DNA from: a virus
Lineage: Duplodnaviria; Caudoviricetes
Strand: one strand, 5' to 3'
Virus record (IMG/VR): IMGVR_UViG_3300029288_000143
Location: 1 to 64,000 of that record
DNA length: 64,000 nt
The notes beneath the pieces are model-generated. The model ran no database searches. It saw only the letters and a list, made by a program, of their open reading frames with translations, and was not told the origin of the DNA. The position numbers were made by a program, and so were the translations under genes. Numbering within the stretch: position 1 is the first letter of the stretch; the number at the start of each line of letters is the position of its first letter. This document shows, one piece after another, positions 10,046 through 18,984 of the stretch.

Positions 10046-10318
10046 ATGACACCTAAATTTATTCGCGTTGCTGGGAAATTATACCGCAAGGCCGAGGGCC
10101 TCGAAGATATCGAAGCCGCACTCAATGCCGTCGTGAAGGCCAAGAGCGTGCTCCAGGGCCTCGGAATTGATTTCTCCGACCTCGTGCAGGCAGAGAAAAC
10201 TCTCAAAGCAGAAGCTCCGAAACCCAGCACGCAAAAGATTGATGCCGCGGTAAAGCCGGCGCCAGAATTAATTCGCGTCGCCGGCAAACTCTATCGCAAA
10301 GTACCAACCCCAGCCTAA
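10046..10318 (+). CDS. 90-aa protein with a hairpin tag at both ends
   Basis: RBS AAGGA before ATG 10046; FIRVAGKLYRKA...LIRVAGKLYRKV. Confidence 0.8.
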   Translation: MTPKFIRVAGKLYRKAEGLEDIEAALNAVVKAKSVLQGLGIDFSDLVQAEKTLKAEAPKPSTQKIDAAVKPAPELIRVAGKLYRKVPTPA

Positions 10319-10590
10319 TGTCACTATTTGCCAACAATTTCCTGGTAAAGCAAATCGAAGCGGAAGTCTTGCGAGATCATCTCGCAGACTTCGAATTAAT
10401 TTCTGGCGTGGCCAGGCGGCACTTCGATTTGATTCCAGGCATTGAATTGGCAAAACTAATTTCCGAACTCACGCAGGACCAGTACAAGTTATTTGACCGC
10501 TGGTTCTCTGAGCAGCCGCGCTATAATTTTGCCGTCGCCGTGCGAACCGCTCTGGCACTTTGCGTGGCGATCAAGTTGATCGAGAAATAA
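10318..10590 (+). CDS. hypothetical protein
   Basis: TAATG coupling. Confidence 0.65.
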   Translation: MSLFANNFLVKQIEAEVLRDHLADFELISGVARRHFDLIPGIELAKLISELTQDQYKLFDRWFSEQPRYNFAVAVRTALALCVAIKLIEK

Positions 10591-10591
10591 A

Positions 10592-11077
10592 TTGGATTTG
10601 CTAACCCTAGCCCACGCCTTAGCCGTCTGGCCTGAACGCGGCCCAGTCAGTCCAGGTGTAGCGCAGGAGTTTCCAGAAATTAATCCCTGGGCTTCCCGTG
10701 CAGTGCTCTACGGAGCAGAAATGCACGTTGCTTACCCGTTGGCACCTTCTATATATCCCAGATATTTCGATAAGCCGGTTGTCAAGCAGCACAAGCCTAC
10801 AGGACCATCTCGATCTTCTGCTCTGGTAATTCGTCCCGGTTCTACTTTGCCTGTAACTCTAAATGGGCATCAGGCCACGGCAAACGTTGACTCCGCGCGC
10901 CGTATTCAGTATTCGGGCAAATACACGCATTTGAAATTGACCCTAATCGTCAACACTGAAAAATTACCCCTGACACTGCAAAACGAAACCAAATGTGCGT
11001 GCCTGTACTGTGGTACAGAGCCCCGGGGAAATGATTTCACGTGCCGTTCATGCGGCTCTCCGTTACCGGATTGCTAA
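10592..11077 (+). CDS. hypothetical protein with C-terminal Zn ribbon
   Basis: CLYCG...CRSCG; TTG start. Confidence 0.6.
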   Translation: MDLLTLAHALAVWPERGPVSPGVAQEFPEINPWASRAVLYGAEMHVAYPLAPSIYPRYFDKPVVKQHKPTGPSRSSALVIRPGSTLPVTLNGHQATANVDSARRIQYSGKYTHLKLTLIVNTEKLPLTLQNETKCACLYCGTEPRGNDFTCRSCGSPLPDC

Positions 11078-11083
11078 TTATTC

Positions 11084-11356
11084 ATGCGTAACACGATTAA
11101 ATATCTTGGTGTCGAATATGTGAGAGTCGCCGAAGCGCAAGACGCTTTGAGCACCGCACTGCAGCAGCTTAAAAATGCTAGAGAACAACTCAAGCACGCT
11201 ACCGGTGATTATGGCAATAAGGCAACGTTGGCCAAAGCAATCGCTAGTGCTGATTCTTGGATCGAGGCGGCGAGAAATAAAATTAAACAGCACGTCAAAC
11301 AAATGCAAGAACCGCACATCGCCTCGGCAGAACTAGATAATATAGCCGACGAGTAA
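11084..11356 (+). CDS. small coiled-coil protein with N-terminal tag (TIKYLGVEYVRVA)
   Basis: tag variant followed by an amphipathic helix. Confidence 0.7.
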   Translation: MRNTIKYLGVEYVRVAEAQDALSTALQQLKNAREQLKHATGDYGNKATLAKAIASADSWIEAARNKIKQHVKQMQEPHIASAELDNIADE

Positions 11357-11402
11357 ATCTCAGGTACTCGACCCGCGGCAATGAATTAAATAGTTTCGAT
11401 TC

Positions 11403-11421
11403 CACCTTAATTTTTGGTTAG
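11403..11421 (+). promoter_or_regulatory. candidate phage late promoter
   Basis: CACCTTA-N9-TAG upstream of decoration gene 1. Confidence 0.5.
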
Positions 11422-11540
11422 AGTCAGTTTTGATACCAAGAAACTGGTTTGTGGTATTTCCGGAGTACCGGAATTCATTAGCGCAAACTGCATTTTCAGC
11501 ATTCGGCTGAAAATGCGTAAAAATTCCGCAGGAGGATAAA

Positions 11541-12344
11541 ATGGCCCTACAGCCCACTATGTCTCGTCAATCCAAGCTCGATATGACCCGTTCTTATTTC
11601 CAGCGTCGTGAGGAATTCGCTCTCACGGCCGCGACCAACCTCGTCGAGGAAGGCCAGCTCGCCGCTATGGGCGGGACTGTGGGGCGCGAAGTCACGACCA
11701 CTGGCGGTCTCGCGGTGACTGAGGTTCCCGCAGGCGTAATGCTTCTCGGTTACATCGATGCCAATACTTTCTCTTACTGCGAAAGCGGCACCGTACCGGC
11801 TTCTCTGTCCTACACCTTGAAGTTCAACAATCTCGTAGTCAATCCCTACACTACGCCGCTTGTTGACGCCTTCGTGGCGATCAATTCCACCGGGCTCGAG
11901 ATTCCAGTGGTTGCCCCGGCTCCCGCAAACGGCCAAGTTAGCATCGCGGGCGCCACAGGCGTCATGACGTTTGCCGCACTTCAGGCCGGTGGCGCGCTTT
12001 CGATGGTCGGCGTAGTATTCACCGTGCGGTATCGCTGGACACTTACGACTGTACAGGCGCGAGAGATCGTGCGTCAGTCAGCGATCGGTCGTGGCTCTGA
12101 AGGTACTTACCGCAAAGCCATCGTAGGTCGCGGCGACGGTTGCCGTTGCTTCACTACGACTTATGATGCTGATGGTGTGTGGGAGCTAAATCGTCAGGAC
12201 GGCGCTGCTGGTTCTCCGGTGCTCGGGGCTGGTGGTGTATGGACGACCTTCACGAATAACAACAACGGAACTCCGTTCGGGCGCGTTGTATCTCTCCCGA
12301 GTGTGAACGATCCATACCTCGGTATGGAATTCACGACTCCCTAA
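11541..12344 (+). CDS. capsid decoration/cement-like protein, paralogue 1
   Basis: RBS AGGAGG; located just before the MCP; paralogous to 12571..13365. Confidence 0.6.
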   Translation: MALQPTMSRQSKLDMTRSYFQRREEFALTAATNLVEEGQLAAMGGTVGREVTTTGGLAVTEVPAGVMLLGYIDANTFSYCESGTVPASLSYTLKFNNLVVNPYTTPLVDAFVAINSTGLEIPVVAPAPANGQVSIAGATGVMTFAALQAGGALSMVGVVFTVRYRWTLTTVQAREIVRQSAIGRGSEGTYRKAIVGRGDGCRCFTTTYDADGVWELNRQDGAAGSPVLGAGGVWTTFTNNNNGTPFGRVVSLPSVNDPYLGMEFTTP

Positions 12345-12362
12345 CGGCAATTAGTTAATTGC

Positions 12363-12395
12363 AGCCCGCTGGAAATAATTTCCAGCGGGCTTTTT
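12363..12395 (+). terminator. intrinsic terminator
   Basis: agcccgctggaaa-taa-tttccagcgggct followed by a T run. Confidence 0.85.
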
Positions 12396-12437
12396 ATTTG
12401 CCGGAAGCACAAATTTAATTACTGGTTATCTATTTTT

Positions 12438-12456
12438 CACGTTACACTTTATTAGA
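12438..12456 (+). promoter_or_regulatory. candidate phage late promoter
   Basis: CACGTTA-cacttt-TATTAG upstream of decoration gene 2 and the MCP. Confidence 0.55.
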
Positions 12457-12570
12457 CCACCATAGAATCACAACATTAATCGTCTTAATCGAATTACACG
12501 GTACCATTAGGTACTGAATAAATTTCTGGCGAAAGTCAGGAAAAATTAAACATCGTTTTAGGAGGCCAAA

Positions 12571-13365
12571 ATGGCTATTCAGCCGGGCGCAAGCCTGCAA
12601 AGCAAGTATGATCAGACCCGCAGTTATTTCCAGCGGCGAGAGGAATACGCTCTCACTGCTGCCACCGTCCTCGTGGAGGAAGGCCAGCTAGCGGTTCGTG
12701 CTGGGACTTCTCTCACGACCGTAACGACTTCAACCGGTGCTGCGCTTGAGATGCCGGTCGGCGTAATGCTTCTTGGGGAAATTGACGCCAATACTTTTAC
12801 TTGGGTCGAGACTTTCACGATCCCTAACGCGGCAATTCCGACCTTCACACTCAAGTACAACAACCTCGCGCCGTCGAACTACACGCTCGGTCTCGCTGAT
12901 AACAGCGACATCTATGTGTACGACAACACCGCTGCCGGTCAGATGGCGCAGGCCAACCCGGCTCCCGCGGACAATCAGTTCTCTTGCACGGCCGCAACTG
13001 GCGTGCTGCGTTTCCACATCAACGACATTGGTCACTCTGTGACCGCGCGTTACCGGTGGACCCTCACGACTCCGCAGTCACGCGAGATCGTACGCCAGTC
13101 GGCTGTGGGCCGCGGGTCAGAAAATACTTATCGCAAGGTAATTATCGGCCGCGGTAACAACTGCCGAATTTACACTACGATGTACAGCCCGCAGGCACTC
13201 TGGACTCTGAATCTTCAGAGTGGTCTCCTGAACTCCCCGGCGCTGGGCGCGGGTGGCATTTGGTCGACCGTGACCCAGTCGACCACCGGCGTGCCATTTG
13301 GCCGTGTAATTCAGCTACCGAGTCTCAATGATCCCTACCTGGGCATTGAGTACACGACTCCTTAA
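12571..13365 (+). CDS. capsid decoration/cement-like protein, paralogue 2
   Basis: shares TRSYFQRREE.ALTAAT.LVEEGQLA, YRWTLTT.Q.REIVRQSA.GRGSE and PFGRV..LPS.NDPYLG.E.TTP with paralogue 1. Confidence 0.6.
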   Translation: MAIQPGASLQSKYDQTRSYFQRREEYALTAATVLVEEGQLAVRAGTSLTTVTTSTGAALEMPVGVMLLGEIDANTFTWVETFTIPNAAIPTFTLKYNNLAPSNYTLGLADNSDIYVYDNTAAGQMAQANPAPADNQFSCTAATGVLRFHINDIGHSVTARYRWTLTTPQSREIVRQSAVGRGSENTYRKVIIGRGNNCRIYTTMYSPQALWTLNLQSGLLNSPALGAGGIWSTVTQSTTGVPFGRVIQLPSLNDPYLGIEYTTP

Positions 13366-13405
13366 CTAACGGTTTAAACCGCTGATTTTTAGAAAGGATT
13401 CAATC

Positions 13406-14521
13406 ATGTCTATTTATCGCAACAAGATCGTGAACCGGCAGGGCGAGGACGTTGCTCAGCAGCCCCGACTTGCTACTCGCAGTAACGGTACCGTGGAGCG
13501 CACCGCGGCTCCGCTCGTCAACGCCAAGGGCGAGTACAACGCCTTCGATCAGAAGGATCTCAAGAACATCCTCATGACCCTGGCGAACCAGGTCGAGTCC
13601 GGCGAGATGCAGCGCGTGACTGCCGTCGACGAGGATGCGGCTTCCCGCCTCGTGACTGCTGCTCTGACCGAGCGCAACGCTGACCTCCGCGGCGGTGCCT
13701 TCGAGCGCGTCGGCCAGGTCGTCACGGACATGATTTCTGAAACGATGGGCCGCCAGTCGTTCTCAGATAAGATCTTCGCCCGCATGGACGCCAAAGAGGG
13801 CGTGGGCTTTGTGCCGCCCGTGAAGGTCGATCAGATGGACGTTGTTGCTTGGCACTTGACCGCCAACGGCCAGGTTGCCGAGTCTCTCGTCAATCCCAAG
13901 TTCATCTACCCCGAGGGTTATTGGCTCCAGACTCTAGTGTACGTTGAAGAGCAGGATCTGTATTTCGCAGGTTCCAGCTTCCTCGAGCAGAAGCACCAGC
14001 GTGGTCTCGAGGCCATGCTCGTCCGCCAGGACAACGTGGCCAAGTTCCTCCTCGACGCCGCTGCCCCCGTGGCCAACGACGTCGTGACGTTCGGTACCTT
14101 CACCCCGACCGTCGCGGGTATTCTCCGTGATCAGGTGTGGCGTTGGAGTCTGACCCCCACCACGATGCTCCTCGCTGTCGACCTCCAGCGGGACATTCTG
14201 TCTGATGACGACTGGCACAACGTTTATTCGCCAATTCAGAAGCACGTCCTCTTTGAAGAGGGGAAATTCGGCGAGATCTACGGGATGGAAGTGTTCACCG
14301 ACGGTTTCCGTTACCCGACCCTGCGCGTCCTAGACCCAGGCGAAGTGTACTTCCTGTCGGCCCCCACGACCCTCGGCGTGCACATTCCTCTCATTCCTCT
14401 GTACAGCGAGCCCGTAAATCGGCACTTCGAAGGCATCCCCAAGAAGGGCTGGTTCGTCGCTTCCTACCAGGCTACCGTCGTGGCCAACAGCAAGGGCGTG
14501 TCCAAGGGCATCAAGGTCTAA
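13406..14521 (+). CDS. major capsid protein (HK97 fold)
   Basis: 371 aa; strongly biased high-expression codons; RBS AAGGA; C-terminal ...KGWFVASYQATVVANSKGVSKG; followed by a hairpin. Confidence 0.8.
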   Translation: MSIYRNKIVNRQGEDVAQQPRLATRSNGTVERTAAPLVNAKGEYNAFDQKDLKNILMTLANQVESGEMQRVTAVDEDAASRLVTAALTERNADLRGGAFERVGQVVTDMISETMGRQSFSDKIFARMDAKEGVGFVPPVKVDQMDVVAWHLTANGQVAESLVNPKFIYPEGYWLQTLVYVEEQDLYFAGSSFLEQKHQRGLEAMLVRQDNVAKFLLDAAAPVANDVVTFGTFTPTVAGILRDQVWRWSLTPTTMLLAVDLQRDILSDDDWHNVYSPIQKHVLFEEGKFGEIYGMEVFTDGFRYPTLRVLDPGEVYFLSAPTTLGVHIPLIPLYSEPVNRHFEGIPKKGWFVASYQATVVANSKGVSKGIKV

Positions 14522-14560
14522 CTTCTCCTAACTCTCCTTCCTAATTTCTTCTGATTACCA

Positions 14561-14588
14561 GGAAGCCCGATTTTGCGATCGGGCTTCC
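14561..14588 (+). terminator. hairpin after MCP
   Basis: ggaagcccgat-tttgcg-atcgggcttcc. Confidence 0.65.
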
Positions 14589-14618
14589 GCATAATTGGGC
14601 GAAATTCTTCAGGTTATT

Positions 14619-17600
14619 ATGAAAAATTTAGACTGGACTCCTGATACCGCGGAACAAGCCGGCGAGGCCATCGGCATCGCTTGGGATACAGCGGAATTTA
14701 CACCGGAAGATTTGCTTCAGGGTATGAATGTCGAGCTTGAGCACTGTTCAGACCCAGATACCGAAGTAATTACTTGTAATTCTGAAGATACTGCTCGAAT
14801 CGCTTGGGCACACCTTAAAGAATCGTCCGCATATTATCGCAATCTAGCTAAAATGGAACAAAGCTTTAAAGAAGCCTCCGCCAGAACGGCCGCCGAGCTT
14901 GAACCCGAGGACTTGGCTAAAGCGCGCGGTCTAGAAAAAACTCGTCCTGTAGTTGACCCCTATGAAATTCGTGCGCGCGAAATTCTTAAAGAGCAAGGCA
15001 ACGAGCAGCCGACAAAAAAAGAACTCGATGCAGCCTACGATTTAGCCTCACGTGAAGGGCGAAAGCCCGGCGCGGCACCGGCCCCAGAAGCCGCGTCCGA
15101 GCCAGTTAAAATCAAGCGCGGAAAAAAGGTCTATAAGGCGCCCAAGCAAAAAGCTGAAGAGCCCAAGCCCGACAAGCAAGAGTTCATCGCGGCTTTCCTG
15201 GCCGATTATGACCATAGGCGCAAGTCTTTTATCATTGATAGTCTGAATGCGCTACGCGCTGATAAATCTATTTCTAAAGAGCAGCGCGTTCAAGTAGGTA
15301 AAACTATCGCGGCCATGCAGCCCGAAGCTCTGGCGGCGTTTGCTTATTCTAAAGCACTTGCTGATTTTGAGACCAAAGCAAAAACTAAGGCACAAGAATC
15401 GGCTTTTCACACCAAAGTAAAACAATACCTCAAAGCGCAGGGTATCGAAGACTATACGCAAGAGCAATGGAGCGCGGCAGTTTCTGCGATCATCGCCCAA
15501 GAGCGCAAAGAAGCCAAAGAACTAGAGAACACCAATATAGAAAAAGGCACCAAGCATCTGCAAGAGAAGAAGGAAACTGTAGACCCAGAAGACGAACAAA
15601 ATGATCAACAGGTTGCGGAGTTCACGCAGCCGCTAGTCACGTCTGCGGTCAGTCAAATCAAGTCTTTTGTCAAAAATCCAAAGGCGGAAGTCTGGACACA
15701 GTATCCTGGTGCAGATAAAACCCGGTGCTTCGTTTTAGATGTGTTGGTTCCTCGCGGTGAGCGCTACGCTGCACGCGTAGGTAATTATCTCAATATACCG
15801 GCTGATGTTGTGCTCGGTGCAATAGAATCATCCGGCGCAGCGTATAAAGAATACATTACATACATCTCAGAGTTTAATACAGAACTCACCCAGGCTTTAA
15901 CTGCAGCGTTTGAGGCTGAATTACCAAAGCTAGCACCGTACATAGATTTGGGTTTAGACAAAAAAGACACAGCGGATGCCGCCGACGATAAAAAAGCTAA
16001 ACCGAAGATTAAATCCGATGTCCCCACACTTGACACCAAGCTCATAGGCTGGGAGCTGGAGATATTTGATACTGTAGCGTTTGGGGAATCTATTTCTGAC
16101 GCACCCGAAGGTTTGCTTTTGGTTGCTACAATCGAAGAATCGTATATCGCCCATTGGTCCGCTGTGGACAAAGCGGCAATCAAAATTCTGCATACAGACA
16201 TTCCTAAAACAGTTAAAAATCCAGGTAAGTGGCCTGATTGGGCAAAAACTGACAAATGGTTCGACGTCAGCACCGAGATGGCAGAACCCAGCGAAGCCGT
16301 GGTCGTGGCACAGCTTGCGAAGTACGCTGGCGGAAATGATTCCTACAGTCTAAGCGCTAGTTCGGCGCTCAAGCTCAAGCGTGATTCTGGTTCACCAGCG
16401 TACACTAAATATTTTGCTAAAAAGTTCGAAAATTTAAAGACTAAACCAGAAAAGACCGATACTCCGGTCATTGCGACAGAGATTTTCCGTGATTATTTAG
16501 AATTACCCGAATCAGATCCGCTACAGTCGCTAGCCGAAGCCATCGTTATGGAAAAAATGGGAGATATAGCGGAGCATCAGACAGCCAGAATACAAGATCA
16601 AGGATATACAGATTGGATGGTCCTGGTATACGATTCAGTCAAGCAGACTGTGATTCCTGACGCGCCCAAAGGTCTATTGCTTTTAGGTATTATTTCCAAA
16701 AAAGATAAAGAACAGCACACTCAGGCGTTGGCACGACGCAAAGCCATTATCAATAGTGCGCAGGCTACAGGGGCACAGCAGCTTGAACTTTTTGGGCCCA
16801 ATGCGGGGCGCGGTGAAGGCCAAGGTGTGGCTGAGTTTACCAAAAAGGCCGAGGCTGAACTAGGACTTTCCGAGGATGAAGCCGATCTATGGCGCCAGTA
16901 TTTCATTGTATCGTTGAAGCAAACTCAGCACACTCACGTGAAACCTATGCCGCGCAAACCAAAAAAATTCAAAACTGAAACAGGCAAGCAAGTGACTATG
17001 AAGCCCGACGAATCTGAATTCGCTGAAGATATTTCACAAATTGGTAAATCGGACGTCGAAACCTACGACCAGCGTTACAGCAGCGTGAAGACGGCGGTGG
17101 TTAAGGACTGCAAAGAAAAAGACCTGGATGATCGCCCCAAGGCCGAGCAAAAAGTTTGCCTCTACAGCGAAGAGGGCAAGCTGCTCGGCCGGCATCCCAC
17201 GGAAGAATCGGCGGAAAAGCAACGCCGCAAGGTCGAGATGGAAAAGCACTCGGCCTACTTCAAAGTCAATCCTCTGGCTTTCGTTTCGGCAGACGAAATT
17301 TCTGATTACTACGAAGAGCAACATCTCCGGATGGCCTATGGGTTCTATGACGCAGACCAAGCGCAAAGGGCCCAAGCCAAAGTAACGGCAATCTGGAAAA
17401 TGCGCAAAGCTCGAGTTGGCGCAGAGTTGACCTATACCAAGCAAAACGGCAACGAAGTAGAATTCATCGGTACGGTGGACAGCGCGCGAACGTACCGAGG
17501 TACGGCTGGGCTGGATCCGGTAGCCATCACTTCCATCAATCCCTTTGAAGAATACGCCCAAGGCAAAATTGGCAACGACACGGCTGCACTGACCGCCGCA

Positions 17601-18344
17601 CTGCAGTCTTGGCACGGAACGCAAACTAAAGTCGCTTCGAAAGGCAAAACCATGCTTAAAGTTAAAGCTTCAGCTCTTCTTCGCATTGCGGAACTCATTG
17701 AGGTCGATGCCCCGAGTAAAGAACAGATTCGTGCCGCTGGGCTCAAGTGGCTCGCCGAGGCAGTAAAACCACGACAGCGCACTGCGGCAGATCTAACTCC
17801 TCGCGTTGAGATGATGGACGCGCTGGAAGATCTAGGTATTGTGGTGAAGAACTTCCAGGACGAAGGCAAATTTGTCGGCATGGTTAAAGATATCGGTAAT
17901 GCCTTTGCCGCACAAAAAGACGCCATGGGTCTAAAACTGTGGAACGCGCTCAAGGCGGAGCTTTCGGCGCAGCTACGCGGAATGGCTGAAGATATTGGTT
18001 CAGGTGCTTCCGAGCAAGAAGGCTTCGCTGAGGCGCTAGGTGAAGCCATTAAAACCGCAGAAGGCAAAGTTCAGGCTTTCTTAGGCAAAGCCCAAGCCCA
18101 GCCCAGCGGAGTTGCAACAGCAGAAGTCAAGACCGCACTGAACGCTCCAGTATTCGCGCCACCGCAGGACCCCACCACAGAACTGCAGAGTAAGCTAGCA
18201 TATATCCTCAATACCATCGAAGACTACATTGCGCAATATGCAGGCGATGCCGCCAAACTCATGGAAGTAAAAGGCGCGCTGGTTCGCGCTTGTGCTTCAG
18301 CCTATATTGATTTGAATTCACCGCGCGCCGCAGCCAAGAAATAA
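14619..18344 (+). CDS. large multidomain head-associated protein with N-terminal DUF5661-like domain
   Basis: GMNVELEH...IAWAHLKESSAYYRNLAKME; internal VCLYSEEGKLLGRHPT..A..Q..VEM module; ATG 14619 with AGGT RBS (ORF track starts at TTG 14595). Confidence 0.7.
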   Translation: MKNLDWTPDTAEQAGEAIGIAWDTAEFTPEDLLQGMNVELEHCSDPDTEVITCNSEDTARIAWAHLKESSAYYRNLAKMEQSFKEASARTAAELEPEDLAKARGLEKTRPVVDPYEIRAREILKEQGNEQPTKKELDAAYDLASREGRKPGAAPAPEAASEPVKIKRGKKVYKAPKQKAEEPKPDKQEFIAAFLADYDHRRKSFIIDSLNALRADKSISKEQRVQVGKTIAAMQPEALAAFAYSKALADFETKAKTKAQESAFHTKVKQYLKAQGIEDYTQEQWSAAVSAIIAQERKEAKELENTNIEKGTKHLQEKKETVDPEDEQNDQQVAEFTQPLVTSAVSQIKSFVKNPKAEVWTQYPGADKTRCFVLDVLVPRGERYAARVGNYLNIPADVVLGAIESSGAAYKEYITYISEFNTELTQALTAAFEAELPKLAPYIDLGLDKKDTADAADDKKAKPKIKSDVPTLDTKLIGWELEIFDTVAFGESISDAPEGLLLVATIEESYIAHWSAVDKAAIKILHTDIPKTVKNPGKWPDWAKTDKWFDVSTEMAEPSEAVVVAQLAKYAGGNDSYSLSASSALKLKRDSGSPAYTKYFAKKFENLKTKPEKTDTPVIATEIFRDYLELPESDPLQSLAEAIVMEKMGDIAEHQTARIQDQGYTDWMVLVYDSVKQTVIPDAPKGLLLLGIISKKDKEQHTQALARRKAIINSAQATGAQQLELFGPNAGRGEGQGVAEFTKKAEAELGLSEDEADLWRQYFIVSLKQTQHTHVKPMPRKPKKFKTETGKQVTMKPDESEFAEDISQIGKSDVETYDQRYSSVKTAVVKDCKEKDLDDRPKAEQKVCLYSEEGKLLGRHPTEESAEKQRRKVEMEKHSAYFKVNPLAFVSADEISDYYEEQHLRMAYGFYDADQAQRAQAKVTAIWKMRKARVGAELTYTKQNGNEVEFIGTVDSARTYRGTAGLDPVAITSINPFEEYAQGKIGNDTAALTAALQSWHGTQTKVASKGKTMLKVKASALLRIAELIEVDAPSKEQIRAAGLKWLAEAVKPRQRTAADLTPRVEMMDALEDLGIVVKNFQDEGKFVGMVKDIGNAFAAQKDAMGLKLWNALKAELSAQLRGMAEDIGSGASEQEGFAEALGEAIKTAEGKVQAFLGKAQAQPSGVATAEVKTALNAPVFAPPQDPTTELQSKLAYILNTIEDYIAQYAGDAAKLMEVKGALVRACASAYIDLNSPRAAAKK

Positions 18345-18355
18345 TAGAGGTTTCC

Positions 18356-18781
18356 ATGACACGCCAAGCTGGACTAGAAGCAGTTATCGATCTCTCGGAT
18401 GAGATCTCCGACCTCGCCGATCTCGTCGCCGACGTAGCTTCAGCGATTAATTACAATTCGGCCAAGGCTGAGCTATTTGCCGTCATGCTCCTCGACGCCA
18501 TCGCGGAGTCCGCGCAGGACAGCCAAGTCGACACTTTCATGGGTGTACCGAATGGTGTTCCTGGTGTGCCGCCGGCTCCCGGGGCACCTGCCGATATGAT
18601 GCTCGAGGCGCCCGCGCCCATGACGGATATGCCCGGGGCACCGCCCGTGGACATGGGTCTGGGTTTGGGCGGTCCTGCGGAAGCTGAATTGGGAGGAGCG
18701 CCTGTACCAGCTGAATTGGGAGATACGCCCGGCCCAGACGACGAAATCGTCGATGTCGATGAAGCCGACGTCGAGTTCTAG
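18356..18781 (+). CDS. acidic Pro/Gly-rich protein
   Basis: RBS GAGGT. Confidence 0.7.
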   Translation: MTRQAGLEAVIDLSDEISDLADLVADVASAINYNSAKAELFAVMLLDAIAESAQDSQVDTFMGVPNGVPGVPPAPGAPADMMLEAPAPMTDMPGAPPVDMGLGLGGPAEAELGGAPVPAELGDTPGPDDEIVDVDEADVEF

Positions 18782-18984
18782 TGCCGCTCGCGAGATTCAT
18801 TGTAGCGTGGTGCTGTGCGGCGGAGCTGCCCGACCGCAATGCAGTCATGAAATACTGTACTTCCACCTTGGCTACGCTGCGTGACGTTCGGCATCATGGC
18901 CTCGCTGTAGAAGTCAGAGAAGCGATCAAGAAAGGTCGCGAGCGCTACATAAAAGATTTCATTAAGGACCTGTCGTGCCGGTAG
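18781..18984 (+). CDS. small hypothetical protein
   Basis: TAGTG coupling. Confidence 0.5.
   Translation: MPLARFIVAWCCAAELPDRNAVMKYCTSTLATLRDVRHHGLAVEVREAIKKGRERYIKDFIKDLSCR

Noticed and set aside
12339-12354. CCC-TAA +1 shift site at the end of decoration gene 1
   Set aside because: The +1 frame stops after three further codons (AAC GGC AAT TAG), and paralogue 2 ends CCT-TAA
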